From Verrucomicrobiaceae bacterium (GTDB lineage Bacteria > Verrucomicrobiota > Verrucomicrobiia > Verrucomicrobiales > Akkermansiaceae), in assembly GCA_051252135.1 (NCBI GenBank), contig JBPOGH010000003.1:64001-128000 (forward strand): DNA of 64,000 nucleotides, written 5' to 3'. The notes under the pieces were generated by a model. It did no database searches. It was not told where the DNA came from and worked only from the letters and a program-made list of their open reading frames with translations. A program made the position numbers and the translations under genes. This document shows, one piece after another, positions 62,829 through 64,000 of this stretch. The number at the start of each line of letters is the position of its first letter. The stretch's first letter is position 1.

Positions 62829-64000
62829 ATGCGCATCCTCGCTCTCCTCTTCCTCATCCCCGCCCTCCTCCACGCGGCCCCCATCCGGCAAGCCATCGAC
62901 CTCTCCTCATCCTGGAGCTTCCGTCTCCTCGATGACAAAAAAGACACCTCCTGGAGCACCGTCGACGTCCCCCACGACTGGGCCCACCAAAACGGCGTCT
63001 CTCAAAACGGCACCCAAGGCCAACAAGGCGGCTACTACTCCGGCGGAGTCGCGATGTATCGCAAAACCTTCACCCCGCCCGCCCTCGCCGAAAACGAAGA
63101 ACTCCATCTCCACTTCGATGGCGTCTACATGAACTCCGAGGTCTTCCTCAACGGCACTTCCCTCGGCACCTTCCCCTACGGCTACCTCTCCTTCTCCTAC
63201 CACCTCACCCCCCATCTCATCGAAGGAAAAAACCGCATCGACGTCCGCGTCGACAACTCCCTCGAACCCTCCGCCCGCTGGTATCACCCTTGCGGCATCT
63301 ACGCCCCCGTCACCTTAAAAGTCGTCCCCAAAAAGCGCATCGACCACGTCTTCATCACCACCCCCGAAATCACCGCCGACTCCGCCACCGTAAATGTCGC
63401 CACCCAAGCCCCCGCCGGCCTCACCCTCTCCCACACCATCTTCCTCGGCAAAAAAGAAATCACCTCCTCAAAAACCAACTCCCTCACCGTCCCCACCCCC
63501 CAACTCTGGAGCCCCGAATCTCCAACCCTCTACACCCTCATCACCCGCCTCCATCGCGACGACCAGATCATCGATGAACTAAAAACCCCCTTCGGCATCC
63601 GCTCCATCAAATGGGACCCCGCCACCGGCTTCCACCTCAATGGCAAAGTCACCAAACTCCTCGGCGTCTGCGAGCACTGGGAAGGCGGCCCCGTTGGTGG
63701 CGCATGGACCCCCGACCTCCTCCGCTGGAAACTCCAACTCCTCAAGGACATGGGCGTCAACGCCATCCGCACCTCCCACAACCCCTTCCCGCCCTTCTTC
63801 TATCATCAATGCGACGAACTCGGCATCCTCGTCATGGACGAGATCTTCGATGGCTGGATCAAAAAAGCCCCGCACGACTACGGAGCCCGCTTCTTCGACA
63901 AGCATTGGAAAAAAGACCTCACCTCCTGGATCATCCGCGACCGCAATCACCCCTGCGTCGTCATCTATTCCGTCGGTAACGAAACCCGAGGCAAAGTCGC
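62829..64000 (+). CDS. Glycoside hydrolase family 2 (beta-galactosidase-like); runs off the window end
   Basis: Hand translation from ATG 62829: signal peptide, 'VDVPHDW', 'YRKTF', 'FDGVYMNSEV', 'SARWY..CGIY', 'FGIR', 'MGVNAIRTSHNP', 'RDRNHPCVVIYSVGNE' (acid/base Glu). Confidence 0.93.
   Translation, partial: MRILALLFLIPALLHAAPIRQAIDLSSSWSFRLLDDKKDTSWSTVDVPHDWAHQNGVSQNGTQGQQGGYYSGGVAMYRKTFTPPALAENEELHLHFDGVYMNSEVFLNGTSLGTFPYGYLSFSYHLTPHLIEGKNRIDVRVDNSLEPSARWYHPCGIYAPVTLKVVPKKRIDHVFITTPEITADSATVNVATQAPAGLTLSHTIFLGKKEITSSKTNSLTVPTPQLWSPESPTLYTLITRLHRDDQIIDELKTPFGIRSIKWDPATGFHLNGKVTKLLGVCEHWEGGPVGGAWTPDLLRWKLQLLKDMGVNAIRTSHNPFPPFFYHQCDELGILVMDEIFDGWIKKAPHDYGARFFDKHWKKDLTSWIIRDRNHPCVVIYSVGNETRGKV

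Overview
A gene-dense bacterial chromosomal segment. The gene families (DUF1549/DUF1553 with DUF1501, DUF1592 with DUF1552, prepilin-type H-x-DG protein, FecR-LamG/ECF sigma, PEP-CTERM, lamin-tail/CotH) point to the PVC superphylum, most likely Verrucomicrobiota; this is inference. I saw no rRNA, tRNA, CRISPR array, transposase or phage gene. Contents in order: a partial MscK-like channel gene; a cytochrome c-PA14 and beta-propeller pair; a fucose-utilisation locus (ECF sigma, anti-sigma, FucP, GH29, prepilin-like protein); DUF1553/DUF1501; a complete F1Fo ATP synthase operon (atpBEFHAG-X-DC) with a lipoprotein gene between atpG and atpD and a perfect Rex/CRP-type palindrome upstream; a pseudokinase-FGE protein; pabB; a degenerate GalU-like gene followed by a 1105-aa GHMP kinase/UDP-sugar pyrophosphorylase fusion; rnhA, a protease and a DEAD-box helicase; two PEP-CTERM genes, one only 50 aa, that share an upstream AT-rich motif; a CotH surface protein; a Ser/Thr kinase; NdpA; several Tat/Sec-exported enzymes; rluD, lspA, truB, nrnA; DUF1592/DUF1552; and a partial GH2. 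The + strand is very C-rich in genes of both orientations, which explains the many long spurious shadow ORFs. The best novelty candidates are the putative sugar-salvage module (27.9-32.1 kb), the regulated and interrupted atp operon, the micro PEP-CTERM gene with its shared motif, and the SusCD-less fucose locus. All family assignments come from recognising motifs by eye, not from database searches.
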